Shown: positions 28,815-37,944 of the stretch, piece by piece
Position numbering within the stretch: position 1 is the first letter of the stretch
Layout of the letters: each line of letters begins with the position of its first letter
Source of the DNA: Nitrosopumilus sp.
GTDB taxonomy: Archaea > Thermoproteota > Nitrososphaeria > Nitrososphaerales > Nitrosopumilaceae
Direction of reading: 5' to 3'
Assembly: GCA_003331425.1 (NCBI GenBank)
Contig: QOOS01000005.1
Span: forward strand, 22,144 to 86,143
DNA length: 64,000 nucleotides
The notes under the pieces: model-generated
Databases searched by the model: none
What the model saw: the letters and a program-made list of their open reading frames with translations, nothing else
What the model was told of the DNA's origin: nothing
Translations under genes and position numbers: made by a program

Positions 28815-28895
28815 CCAAAGAATTTTTTTATTTAGATCATAAAATCTTTTGGTACACAACAAAGATTTTTGTATTGGAAAATTTAGACAAGAATT

Positions 28896-29528
28896 ATGAA
28901 TGTAATCCAAAGAATTGATAAAATTATTGAAGAAAGAAGCCTTCTAAAACACCCATTTTATGAAATGTGGTCTGACGGTAAATTAACTCAAGAGTCATTA
29001 GCTGGATATTCAAAAGAATATTTCCAACTTGTAAAAGCTGTTCCTGAATTTATGGCACCAATTATTGAAAAAGCACCTGATTCTGTAGTTTCAGAGCTAG
29101 TTGATAATCAACAAGAAGAATCTGATCACATTAAACCTTGGATTAGTTTTGCAGGAGAACTTGGAATTTCTGAAAATGAATTAATTCCATATTCTGGATT
29201 AGAAAAAACTAATCAAGCTGTATCTGATTTGGCTGAATTAATGAACACTTTTGATAGTGGTGCATGTGCAATGTATGCATTTGAAAAAGAAATTCCAAAA
29301 ATTAGTCAAACAAAACTAGATGGATTATCTGAATTCTATCAAATTACAACTGATAAAGCAACTGAATATTTCAAACTCCATACTGAGGCTGATATTAGAC
29401 ATGCAGCATCTTGGAGAAATATCATTGAAAAATCCAATGCTAATACAAGTGACCTAATTGAAATTGCTGAAAAATCTGTATCAGCACAAAATTTGTTACT
29501 TGATAGTTGTTATGAAGAATACTGTTAA
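28896..29528 (+). CDS. CADD/CT610-like heme-oxygenase-like dimetal oxidase (TenA/PqqC superfamily), putative p-aminobenzoate synthase
   Basis: LLKHPFY..W..G.LT, EE..H, Y.FE..IP.I...K..GL, YF..H.EAD.RH match the CADD pattern. Confidence 0.8.
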   Translation: MNVIQRIDKIIEERSLLKHPFYEMWSDGKLTQESLAGYSKEYFQLVKAVPEFMAPIIEKAPDSVVSELVDNQQEESDHIKPWISFAGELGISENELIPYSGLEKTNQAVSDLAELMNTFDSGACAMYAFEKEIPKISQTKLDGLSEFYQITTDKATEYFKLHTEADIRHAASWRNIIEKSNANTSDLIEIAEKSVSAQNLLLDSCYEEYC

Positions 29529-29569
29529 TCTCATAACATTTTATACCTCAGAAAATTTTTGTTATTTTA

Positions 29570-29643
29570 GGGCCCGTAACTCAGCTTGGTAGAGTAACCG
29601 GCTCATAACCGGTGAGCCAAGGGATCGAAGCCCTTCGGGCCCA
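29570..29643 (+). tRNA. tRNA with CAU anticodon, probably tRNA-Ile2 (agmatidine-modified) rather than Met
   Basis: Acceptor GGGCCCG/CGGGCCC with A73, anticodon arm ACCGG-CTCATAA-CCGGT; lacks initiator A1:U72 and three G:C pairs; GGGCCC acceptor resembles archaeal Ile2 (isotype is inference). Confidence 0.85.
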
Positions 29644-29685
29644 TTTTTTCAATTAGTTTTAAAATGAGTTAATACAAAAATTACT

Positions 29686-29750
29686 GGCTGCAATGAAGAA
29701 TCAGAGTTATATCTGAAATTGATGATTGGAAGGCATTTGTCTGAGCTGCC
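29686..29750 (+). ncRNA. Box C/D 2'-O-methylation guide sRNA
   Basis: C box ATGAAGA 29693-29699, D' CTGA 29713-29716, C' TGATGA 29720-29725, D CTGA 29741-29744, terminal stem GGCTGC/GCTGCC; TTTTAAAA at 29657-29664 upstream, T-rich tract downstream. Confidence 0.8.
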
Positions 29751-29755
29751 TTAAT

Positions 29756-30373
29756 TTATTTACTAATTTGCTTCTTTACCTTATCTAAAATTTCTACATC
29801 AATCATTTTCTGTTCATATAATATTTCTGTAATTTGTAAAATGTTTAGAATTGAGTGCATTTTTACTCCAAGTTCTTCCAAGGCTTCAGTCGCTCCTTCC
29901 ATTCTATCTACAATTACATATGCATCTTTTACTGGAACATTTACTTCTGTTAGTGATTTGATTGCATTTACAACTGAACCTCCAGTAGTTGCAACATCAT
30001 CTATCATCACAACTTTCATACCGTCATGAATTTTGCCTTCAACTGATTTTGAAGTTCCATAATCCTTTGGTTTACTTCTTACATAGATTAGTGGTTTTAC
30101 TGTTTCAATTGCTAATGCTGAAGCAATAACTAACCCTCCGGTTGGTACAGAAACAATACTTTCAAAATTTTCCAGTCCTATGTCTTCCGTTATCTGATTT
30201 TCGAGATATTTTACCATCATCCTAAATTCATGAGGATAACTAGGAACTAATCTTAAATCAACATAATACGAACTACTTTTCCCACTGGCTAGTGTAAAGT
30301 CTCCAAACTTAATTATCTCTTTTTGATGTAAAAAGGTCACAAATTCTTTCACAAACTCCATATCAAAATTCAC
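29756..30373 (-). CDS. pyrE: Orotate phosphoribosyltransferase
   Basis: FTLASGKSSSYYVDLR, VRSKPKDYG, VMIDDVATTGGS. Confidence 0.95.
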   Translation of the reverse strand: MNFDMEFVKEFVTFLHQKEIIKFGDFTLASGKSSSYYVDLRLVPSYPHEFRMMVKYLENQITEDIGLENFESIVSVPTGGLVIASALAIETVKPLIYVRSKPKDYGTSKSVEGKIHDGMKVVMIDDVATTGGSVVNAIKSLTEVNVPVKDAYVIVDRMEGATEALEELGVKMHSILNILQITEILYEQKMIDVEILDKVKKQISK

Positions 30374-30411
30374 TACATTGGATTTATTTTGGTTTGTATT
30401 TAGTATCTATT

Positions 30412-31494
30412 ATGCCTGAAATTTGGTTAAATTATGGGATTACAGACGTTGTTTTGGATATAAAGGCCGAGAATTTAGAGCAAAAAATTGATTCGGACGG
30501 CAAAATTCTGGATGATCAAGCAATTACGGAGAAACTCAATACTCTGGATTTATCAAAACCCATGGAACTAGTAGTTTTACATAACTCCAAATCGATTCTC
30601 AAAATTATTACAACTTTATTCACTCTATGTGAACAAAAATCTAAACCATTTCCAAAAATTTTGACTGACAAAAAAATCCTAAATTTAGTTAAATCTGGTT
30701 TACCTGAAGGTAGTTCAATCAATGAATTTGATGATGTTGAAATTAAAAATTCAAATCTTGTTTTTATGGGAGAAATGGGATTTGATGGTCTATTTGGATA
30801 TGAAACTGTTGCAACTCGGTTAATCAAAAAATTTGGAGAAGAATCTATGCTCTCAGCTTATGCTAAGAGACAAAGTAATCTTCCAACACCTGGACAATAT
30901 ACAGAAAGTTTAACCGAGGCAAAAAAATTTGCAGACAATTTTGAGATACAGGCAATTGAAATTATTGCAAATTCCGAAGGAATACTTGACTTTACAATTG
31001 CTCATCCTTCAAAAACACTTTCTACTACAAAAACTCTAGAATCAAATTCAATTAAAGATGTTGGTGAGCACAAAACAATAATCATGAGTACTGGTAAAGA
31101 TGCAAGTAACGATACATTGGGAAATTCTTTATCGTCCCTTTGGAATTGTTCAAATGCTATCAAAAAAGATGGGTTAGCAATTTTAGTTGCTGAATGCAAA
31201 AGTGGTTTAGGTTCAGATGCTATTCAACAATATATCGAAGATAGACTGACACTTGAACAATTAAGAAATCCTACAAAATACATTAATGGAATGGAAGATT
31301 TACTTTACCTTTCTGAAATACAAAAAAATTTTCAAATTGGTTTGGTCTCAATTTTACCTGAATTTTATGCAAAAAAACTTGATATGATTTCTTTACCTGG
31401 AATAAAATATTCTATGGATTATATTTTAAAAACACAGGGTGCAAGACAAAAAGTTACAGTAGTTGCAGATGGTGCTAGACTCTTTCTAAGGTAA
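30412..31494 (+). CDS. Degenerate LarA (lactate racemase)-superfamily-like protein
   Basis: N-terminal MPEIWLNYG..V.LDI..ENL and C-terminal AIKKDGLAILVAECKSGLGS resemble LarA; ATG 30412 preferred. Confidence 0.55.
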   Translation: MPEIWLNYGITDVVLDIKAENLEQKIDSDGKILDDQAITEKLNTLDLSKPMELVVLHNSKSILKIITTLFTLCEQKSKPFPKILTDKKILNLVKSGLPEGSSINEFDDVEIKNSNLVFMGEMGFDGLFGYETVATRLIKKFGEESMLSAYAKRQSNLPTPGQYTESLTEAKKFADNFEIQAIEIIANSEGILDFTIAHPSKTLSTTKTLESNSIKDVGEHKTIIMSTGKDASNDTLGNSLSSLWNCSNAIKKDGLAILVAECKSGLGSDAIQQYIEDRLTLEQLRNPTKYINGMEDLLYLSEIQKNFQIGLVSILPEFYAKKLDMISLPGIKYSMDYILKTQGARQKVTVVADGARLFLR

Positions 31495-32592
31495 AATACC
31501 TGAAAATAATCCTGATGGTAATGGTGCACACAAAATTGCTAATACTATAATTCCGATATATGCAAGTTTTCTATTTTTTGTAAGAGGTGATATATCATCA
31601 AGTGGTGTTGCACTTGGATTCTTCATTGACATAACTAAAATTAAGATTGCCATGAGCCAATAATTTAACAAAACAAGTATCAACATACTACCATACGTTG
31701 CATATTTGTGAATTTTTTGACCCAAAAGAGTTCTTGCCATGTGGCCACCATCAAGTTGCCATGCTGGAAGTAAATTCAAAAATGTAATTAAAAATCCAAT
31801 CCATGCTGCAAACATTACTGGTGTCATAATTACTTCATGACCTGGACCTCCTTTACCAAACACAGCTAAACTTGCAGTCATTAGTAATGGTTCACCTTGT
31901 TCCCATTCAACTAAAACTTGTTCTGCAAATAGTCCCTCTGCAATTTCTTGATCTAATATTGGAGCCGTATATGCACCATAAAGTGATACAATAATTGCAA
32001 TTGCTAATCCTGCAATTGGGCCTGCAATAGCTACATCAAATAAGATATTTCGATTAATTGTCAATCCTTTTGATTGAATGAATGCACCAAATGTTGGAAT
32101 TCCAACTATCGGTAAACCTGGAATAAAGTAAGGCCAACTTGTTTTTAGTTTATGTGCTTTAGCTGCAATGATATGTCCAAGTTCATGTGTACCTAAAATT
32201 CCTAAAAGTGCAAGTGTATAGACAATTGCCATTTCAAATGGCTCTCCAATTTCTATAATAGAATTTGTACCTGATGTTCTATAGTACCCATCAATCATTA
32301 CAAATCCAATTACAATTGCAAACAATATTCGTGGTGTCCATGTTGCATTGAGCCATTTTCTTGGTTTTTTTATTGTAAATTTTTGAACTTCAATCAAAAT
32401 TCCCTCATCATTTTTTACTACTTTGCAAACATAACTCATGTTTTCTAAGGCTCTAGCTAAATCTTCAAATTTTGTTTGAAATTCTGTATTATTAATTTTA
32501 AATTGTAATGTGAATTCTGTCTTTGTAAATTCTTCCACATTAAAAATTGAATTAACTAATGAAATTACGCCATCTTGAGAATCTTCAACCAT
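31486..32592 (-). CDS. Site-2 protease (M50 family)
   Basis: HELGH, AIAGP, NLLPAWQLDGGH. Confidence 0.93.
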   Translation of the reverse strand: MVEDSQDGVISLVNSIFNVEEFTKTEFTLQFKINNTEFQTKFEDLARALENMSYVCKVVKNDEGILIEVQKFTIKKPRKWLNATWTPRILFAIVIGFVMIDGYYRTSGTNSIIEIGEPFEMAIVYTLALLGILGTHELGHIIAAKAHKLKTSWPYFIPGLPIVGIPTFGAFIQSKGLTINRNILFDVAIAGPIAGLAIAIIVSLYGAYTAPILDQEIAEGLFAEQVLVEWEQGEPLLMTASLAVFGKGGPGHEVIMTPVMFAAWIGFLITFLNLLPAWQLDGGHMARTLLGQKIHKYATYGSMLILVLLNYWLMAILILVMSMKNPSATPLDDISPLTKNRKLAYIGIIVLAILCAPLPSGLFSGILP

Positions 32593-32665
32593 CTATTTTC
32601 CTATCTTTTATTCATTAATGATCTTTTTGTTTAAAATTAAATATTGATTGTTTTATCCTGTATTT

Positions 32666-33163
32666 GTGCAAGTGATTTTGAGACAAATTGGTGATTGTAA
32701 TATTCGTAGAGCCACACAAAGCGATCTAATTTCTGTTATGGAAATTAATCTCAAAACTTTACCTGAACACTATTCTGATTATTTTTATGAATCATTACTT
32801 AAAGAATTACCTGAAGCATTTTTGGTTGCAGAAATTAATGGTAAAATTGTTGGATATGAAATGTGTAAAACTGAATTTGGTTTTTCAAATTTTAAAAAAC
32901 TGGGTTTTGTAAAAAAAGGTCATGTTGTTTCTATTGCAGTATTAGATGAATATAGAAAAAAAGGAATTGGTAAAGCACTTGTTGAAGAATCTGTAATAGG
33001 TATAAAGAATAGAAATTGTGATGAGTTTTACTTAGAAGTACGATGTAGTAATACTGATGCTGTTCGTCTTTATGAAAAACTTGGATTTGTTATTAGACAA
33101 GAACTAAATGCATACTATCGTGATGGTGAATCTGCTTATTTGATGGCAGTTGAATTGAATTAA
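32666..33163 (+). CDS. rimI: Archaeal N-terminal acetyltransferase (Ard1/RimI, GNAT)
   Basis: LPEHY, GHVVSIAVLDEYRKKGIG, LEVRCSN..A..LY, YYRDGESAYLM; GTG 32666 preferred. Confidence 0.9.
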   Translation: MQVILRQIGDCNIRRATQSDLISVMEINLKTLPEHYSDYFYESLLKELPEAFLVAEINGKIVGYEMCKTEFGFSNFKKLGFVKKGHVVSIAVLDEYRKKGIGKALVEESVIGIKNRNCDEFYLEVRCSNTDAVRLYEKLGFVIRQELNAYYRDGESAYLMAVELN

Positions 33164-33203
33164 TATATTAAAACAATAAATAACTCAGAAAAAATTTTCC
33201 GAT

Positions 33204-33434
33204 ATGGATAAACGTAAGGGAATGGGAGTTCTAATTTTTGTTTTATGTATTGGTGGATTCTTTGTTTATGCATATTTACTAATGTTATCAGAATGGTCTC
33301 CAATTGTTTTACAGTTATCTGTATTGATGGCAGTTGGTGGTATTCTTGGAATTATTGCATGGATAGGATATGTGATGGCAACAACAAAACCTACATCTGC
33401 GACAATTACATCAGCTGATGATTCATCTACTTAG
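33204..33434 (+). CDS. Small two-TM membrane protein
   Basis: 76-aa ORF with two hydrophobic helices, fills the intergenic space. Confidence 0.7.
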   Translation: MDKRKGMGVLIFVLCIGGFFVYAYLLMLSEWSPIVLQLSVLMAVGGILGIIAWIGYVMATTKPTSATITSADDSST

Positions 33435-34263
33435 TAATTTTAACATCTACAACAGTTTGATAATACCTTGGTCCTACAGCTCTTACAATTTTTGATCCAA
33501 GAATTTCTGATTTTACTGGTGTGATTTTTTTATAATGTTCCTCTGTTAATTTTCCAGCTTCAGATTTTTTATCTGCATGAATGTGAGAATAATAATGAAT
33601 GATTCCACCATTTTTTGTTGTACTGATTGCAGAATCTAAAAATTCATCTGACCTTTCTGGTAATAATGTCAATGTTCTATCTGATTTATCGATTAATTGC
33701 TCTTCAATAATTTTTGATGCATCACCATTAATTGAAATTACTTCTCCTGCTAGTTTGTTAATTGCAATATTTCTTTCACAAAGTTTTGATGCAATTGGAT
33801 TCAAATCTAGACTATATACTGTGCATTTTTTCTTTTTTGCAGCCATTATGGAAAACATTCCCACGCCTGCAAACATGTTTGTAATTACTTCCCCATCTTG
33901 AGTTAATTTTGCAATCCTTTCTCTTTCTGTTGATAATCGAGGTGAGAAAAATGCATTTTCTACATCAACAATGAATTTACATCCAAACTCTTTGTACTCT
34001 GTTTCCGTATTGTCCTCTCCGGCTAAAATTTCCAAATTTCTTGTGCGAAAATCCCCATCTACTGCTGATGATTGATAAAATACACTTTTTACAATTTTTA
34101 CCTCATTTAGTAGAGTTTCACCAATAATTTTTTTCTTAGATAATAGTGAGTCTGGAATTCTAACAATGATTATATTTCCAACTTGATCAAATGCTGAAAT
34201 TAATTCATTACTTTCTTGTGATGTTAAAACGCTTTCTAGTGATTTTTTTAGCATTCGAGTCAA
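33427..34263 (-). CDS. Trm5/Taw2 (Met-10+ like) tRNA-modifying SAM-dependent transferase
   Basis: AFDQVGNI, FFSPRLSTERERI, NMFAGVGMFS, LNP.A, IHYY. Confidence 0.85.
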   Translation of the reverse strand: MTRMLKKSLESVLTSQESNELISAFDQVGNIIIVRIPDSLLSKKKIIGETLLNEVKIVKSVFYQSSAVDGDFRTRNLEILAGEDNTETEYKEFGCKFIVDVENAFFSPRLSTERERIAKLTQDGEVITNMFAGVGMFSIMAAKKKKCTVYSLDLNPIASKLCERNIAINKLAGEVISINGDASKIIEEQLIDKSDRTLTLLPERSDEFLDSAISTTKNGGIIHYYSHIHADKKSEAGKLTEEHYKKITPVKSEILGSKIVRAVGPRYYQTVVDVKITK

Positions 34264-36047
34264 TGTTTGTAGTAAAAGTTTCCTGATGCCTTTTGATCTT
34301 TGTCTAATCTACTTTCTATTTTATTTACTCTTGGTCTCAAACTTTTTTCATCTCTTCGAAATGACATGTCTAATGATTTTAGAAATCTGTTCATTGCTTC
34401 TGATTTTGGAAGTGGTGATGTTGCAGTTCCTGCTTTTCCTGATTCACCTTCAAAAATTATCATAGAATCAGACATCAAATCCATTAATTGCAAATCGTGA
34501 TCAATAATTATTGCTGATTTTCCAAATGAGCGAACAAATTTCTGTAAAAATTTTGCAACTGCAATTCTATCTTCTACATCCAAAAATGCTGAAGGTTCAT
34601 CTAGTGCATACAAATCTACTTTTTGAATTAGACATGATGCCACAGCAATTTTTTGAAGTTCTCCTCCTGAGAGGTTTTTGACTGATTTATTGTATAGTTT
34701 TTTAATTTTTAATGGATCTAGAATTTGTTCTTCTTCTTGACTTCCCTCAATTGGTCCTCCATTTGCTTTTTCTAAAAGTGCAATCACTTCAACATCAATA
34801 TCATTTTGCAGATATTGTGGTTTGTATGCAATTTTGATCTTTTTATCAACAGAACCTACATCTGGTTTTTGAACACCTGCAATCATTTTCATCATTGTTG
34901 TTTTTCCAAGAGCATTTGCTCCCATAATGCCCAAAACTTCTCCTTTTCTTACTCTTCCAGGCTCAATGGATACTGAAAATGAATCAAATTTCTTTTCTAA
35001 TTTTGGATAATTTACTATTTCTGTGTCTTCTTGAAAAATATCTGTTGAAGATGATGATACATCCATAGAGAATTTTTTCTCCCTGAATCTAACATTTTCA
35101 TTTGGAAGATATCCGTCAAGAAAAACATTGATTCCTATTTTCGTTGATAAAATATTTGAAACAATTCCATACGCTGCTGGTTCACCGTATAGTACCTCGA
35201 TATAATCACTGAGGAAATCTAATAATGTTAAATCATGTTCTACAACCATTACACTTTTTCCAATTTTTGCTAATCCTTGAATTACTCTTGCAACACCTGT
35301 TCTTTGAAATACATCGTTGTATGATGATGGTTCATCAAAAAAGTAAAATTCTGTATCTTTTGATGCAGCAGCAGCTACTGCAATTCTTTGTAATTCTCCT
35401 CCACTAAGTTCTTTCAAACTTTGTTCCATTGAATTTTGTAATCCTAATTCTCTTACTAATTCTCTTGAAACTCCTCTTTCATCATATTTATCAAGTAATT
35501 CATTTCCTGTACCGTCAAATGCTTCTGCAAGATGATGGATTTGTTGTGGTTTAATTGATGCGCGAATTTGATTCTGTTCAATTTTTTGGAAATGTTGTTT
35601 TAATTCTGTTCCACTATAATGCTTAAAAATTTCATCCCACTCTGGTGGATTTTCATATCTTCCAAGATTTGGTTTTAGTTTTCCTGAAAGTATATTTACA
35701 ACTGTACTTTTTCCCATTCCATTTCTACCTAATAATCCAACAACTTCCCCTTTTCTTGGAGTAGGTAATTTGTATAATCTAAAAGAATTTGTTCCATATT
35801 GATGAATTTTATCGGTAGCTAATTCGCTTGCTAAATTCACAATTGTAATTGCATCAAACGGGCATACTTTGACACATATTCCACAACCATTACAAATATC
35901 CTCATCAATTTGAGCTTTTTTTGATTCTTCATGAATCGTTACACATTCTGCGCCTGATTTGTTAACTGGACAATATTTTATGCATTCTAGGCCGCATTTT
36001 TGTGGCTGACATAGATCTTGATCCAATACTGCAACTCTATGTGTCAT
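34260..36047 (-). CDS. rli: Ribosome recycling ATPase ABCE1/RLI
   Basis: N-terminal 2x[4Fe-4S] (CQPQKCGLECIKYCP, CNGCGICVKVCP) and two ABC NBDs (GRNGMGKS, LSGGELQ, GANALGKT). Confidence 0.96.
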   Translation of the reverse strand: MTHRVAVLDQDLCQPQKCGLECIKYCPVNKSGAECVTIHEESKKAQIDEDICNGCGICVKVCPFDAITIVNLASELATDKIHQYGTNSFRLYKLPTPRKGEVVGLLGRNGMGKSTVVNILSGKLKPNLGRYENPPEWDEIFKHYSGTELKQHFQKIEQNQIRASIKPQQIHHLAEAFDGTGNELLDKYDERGVSRELVRELGLQNSMEQSLKELSGGELQRIAVAAAASKDTEFYFFDEPSSYNDVFQRTGVARVIQGLAKIGKSVMVVEHDLTLLDFLSDYIEVLYGEPAAYGIVSNILSTKIGINVFLDGYLPNENVRFREKKFSMDVSSSSTDIFQEDTEIVNYPKLEKKFDSFSVSIEPGRVRKGEVLGIMGANALGKTTMMKMIAGVQKPDVGSVDKKIKIAYKPQYLQNDIDVEVIALLEKANGGPIEGSQEEEQILDPLKIKKLYNKSVKNLSGGELQKIAVASCLIQKVDLYALDEPSAFLDVEDRIAVAKFLQKFVRSFGKSAIIIDHDLQLMDLMSDSMIIFEGESGKAGTATSPLPKSEAMNRFLKSLDMSFRRDEKSLRPRVNKIESRLDKDQKASGNFYYKH

Positions 36048-36142
36048 AGTTGTAATTCGATATTTTCTTTGCTTTATACCTATTTTGAGTTGATTTCAAA
36101 TCTGTCGTTACCTTAATACATTAGAATTATGGAATGATTTTC

Positions 36143-36260
36143 AAGCCGGCCATAGCGTCAGGGTGCGACCTAATCCCGTTCCGAACTTAGAAGTCAAACC
36201 TGATGTCGCTGTTGTGCTACTAAGATGCGAGAGCTCTTGGGAAGCAACAGTGCTGGCATT
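36143..36260 (+). rRNA. rrf: 5S rRNA (stand-alone)
   Basis: GGCCATAGCG..CCCGTTCCGAAC..GAAGTCAAACC..GCGAGAG; terminal helix GCCGGC/GCTGGC; ends approximate. Confidence 0.93.
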
Positions 36261-36315
36261 TTCTACTTTTCAATCAATCTTTTAATATCCATGTTATCTG
36301 ATTGAATTGATTTCA

Positions 36316-36444
36316 ATGCCAAACTGTAGTGTCTGTGGACAAAAATGTGATAATGACATTAGATTACTAAATCATATGATGGAAAAACATGGTTGGAGAA
36401 ATCCAAATGTTGGAACTCCTGATAGAAATAGTAGAGGTTACTAA
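36316..36444 (+). CDS. 42-aa C2H2 zinc-finger microprotein (not in ORF track)
   Basis: MPNCSVCGQKCDNDIRLLNHMMEKHGWRNPNVGTPDRNSRGY*; C-x2-C-x12-H-x4-H. Confidence 0.7.
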   Translation: MPNCSVCGQKCDNDIRLLNHMMEKHGWRNPNVGTPDRNSRGY

Positions 36445-36446
36445 TT

Positions 36447-37922
36447 TTATAATTTCTGTAAATAATCTAAAATCAATCTAACCCCAAATCCTGTTCCACC
36501 TTTTGGATTGTATGGCTTTTCTTTTGTTGCTGCTCCTTGAGTCCATGCAACACCTGCAATATCTAGATGTGCCCATGGTGTATCTTTAATTGCACTTTTC
36601 AAAAATGCTGCAGCTGTTATAGTTCCTGCAGCTCTTCCAATTCCCATATTTTTAATATCTGCAACATCTGATTTTATCATATCCATATAGTCTTGTGTTA
36701 GTGGTAACTCCCAAATTTCTTCTGTTGTTGCTTTAGATGATGTTTTAATTTTTTCTGTTAATTGATTATTGTTTGAAACTATTGCAGCTACGTTATTTCC
36801 AAGAGCTATAATGCATGCACCTGTTAAAGTTGCAAAATCAATTATTGCCTTTGGCGAATATTGTTTTTCACCATAAGCTAATGCATCTGCTAAAATGAGC
36901 CTACCTTCTGCATCTGTATTTAGAATTTCTGCAGTTTTTCCATTGTATAGTTTTATTATGTCACCAGGTCTGTATGCTTCTCCTCCTGGCATATTTTCTA
37001 CTGAAGGAATAATTCCCACTACATTAATTGGTAATTTTAATTCTGAAACTGATTTCATTATTCCTAGCACTGTACATCCTCCACATTTATCAAATTTCAT
37101 TTCATCCATACTTTGACCAGGTTTTAATGAAATGCCACCAGTATCAAATGTCACTGCTTTTCCAACTAATACAATTGGTTTTTGATTTTTAGGGCCATTG
37201 TTATGTTCCATTGTGATTAATTTTGGTTCATTCTTACTTCCTTTACCTACTGCTGAAATTCCTCCAAAACCTTTTTTCTTTAATTCTGGTTGTGAAATTA
37301 CAGTACATTTCATTTTATTCTTTTTTGAAATATTTTTAGCAAAATTTGCTAATGTTGTAGGTGTACATTCGTTTGGAGGTAAATTTGCAATACTCTTTGT
37401 AAATATAGCCCCATCAGCAACAGATTCAGCAATTTTCATTGCTTTTGAAATTTTACTTGATTTAGAAACTATGATTGTCATGTCTGGTGATTTATCTGCT
37501 TTTTCAGCTTTAAATTTATCAAATTTGTATAATGACATTTTTGCACCTTCCACAATTTGGGAAATTGATGAAACTGAATCATTTACAAAAGTTGGTGGAA
37601 TTATAATTGAAAATTCTTTTAATTTTAACTCTCTTGCAGTTTGTGCAATTTTACCTGAAACAAATCTTATTGTATCATTTGTAATTTCTTCTTTTTTCCC
37701 AATACCTGCAAGAAGGATTCTTTGAGCCTGTTTTTTTCCTGGAATTGGAATAATTGTCAATTTTCCAAGTTTACCATTCATATCTTTTAATGATTGATTT
37801 ATTGATGATGTTGTTTTAGCATCAACTTTTGGTAACCCTAAAACTTTGTTTGAATCTTCTAAAACAAATCCACATAGAAGTTCTGTTTTTCTTTTTGCAG
37901 AACTATCTGTTTTTATCTTCAT
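36447..37922 (-). CDS. pepA: Leucyl aminopeptidase (M17)
   Basis: VGKAVTFDTGG, MKFDKCG, NTDAEGRL, WAHLDIAG. Confidence 0.96.
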   Translation of the reverse strand: MKIKTDSSAKRKTELLCGFVLEDSNKVLGLPKVDAKTTSSINQSLKDMNGKLGKLTIIPIPGKKQAQRILLAGIGKKEEITNDTIRFVSGKIAQTARELKLKEFSIIIPPTFVNDSVSSISQIVEGAKMSLYKFDKFKAEKADKSPDMTIIVSKSSKISKAMKIAESVADGAIFTKSIANLPPNECTPTTLANFAKNISKKNKMKCTVISQPELKKKGFGGISAVGKGSKNEPKLITMEHNNGPKNQKPIVLVGKAVTFDTGGISLKPGQSMDEMKFDKCGGCTVLGIMKSVSELKLPINVVGIIPSVENMPGGEAYRPGDIIKLYNGKTAEILNTDAEGRLILADALAYGEKQYSPKAIIDFATLTGACIIALGNNVAAIVSNNNQLTEKIKTSSKATTEEIWELPLTQDYMDMIKSDVADIKNMGIGRAAGTITAAAFLKSAIKDTPWAHLDIAGVAWTQGAATKEKPYNPKGGTGFGVRLILDYLQKL

Positions 37923-37944
37923 TATACATCGTGTTTTTAAAGCA

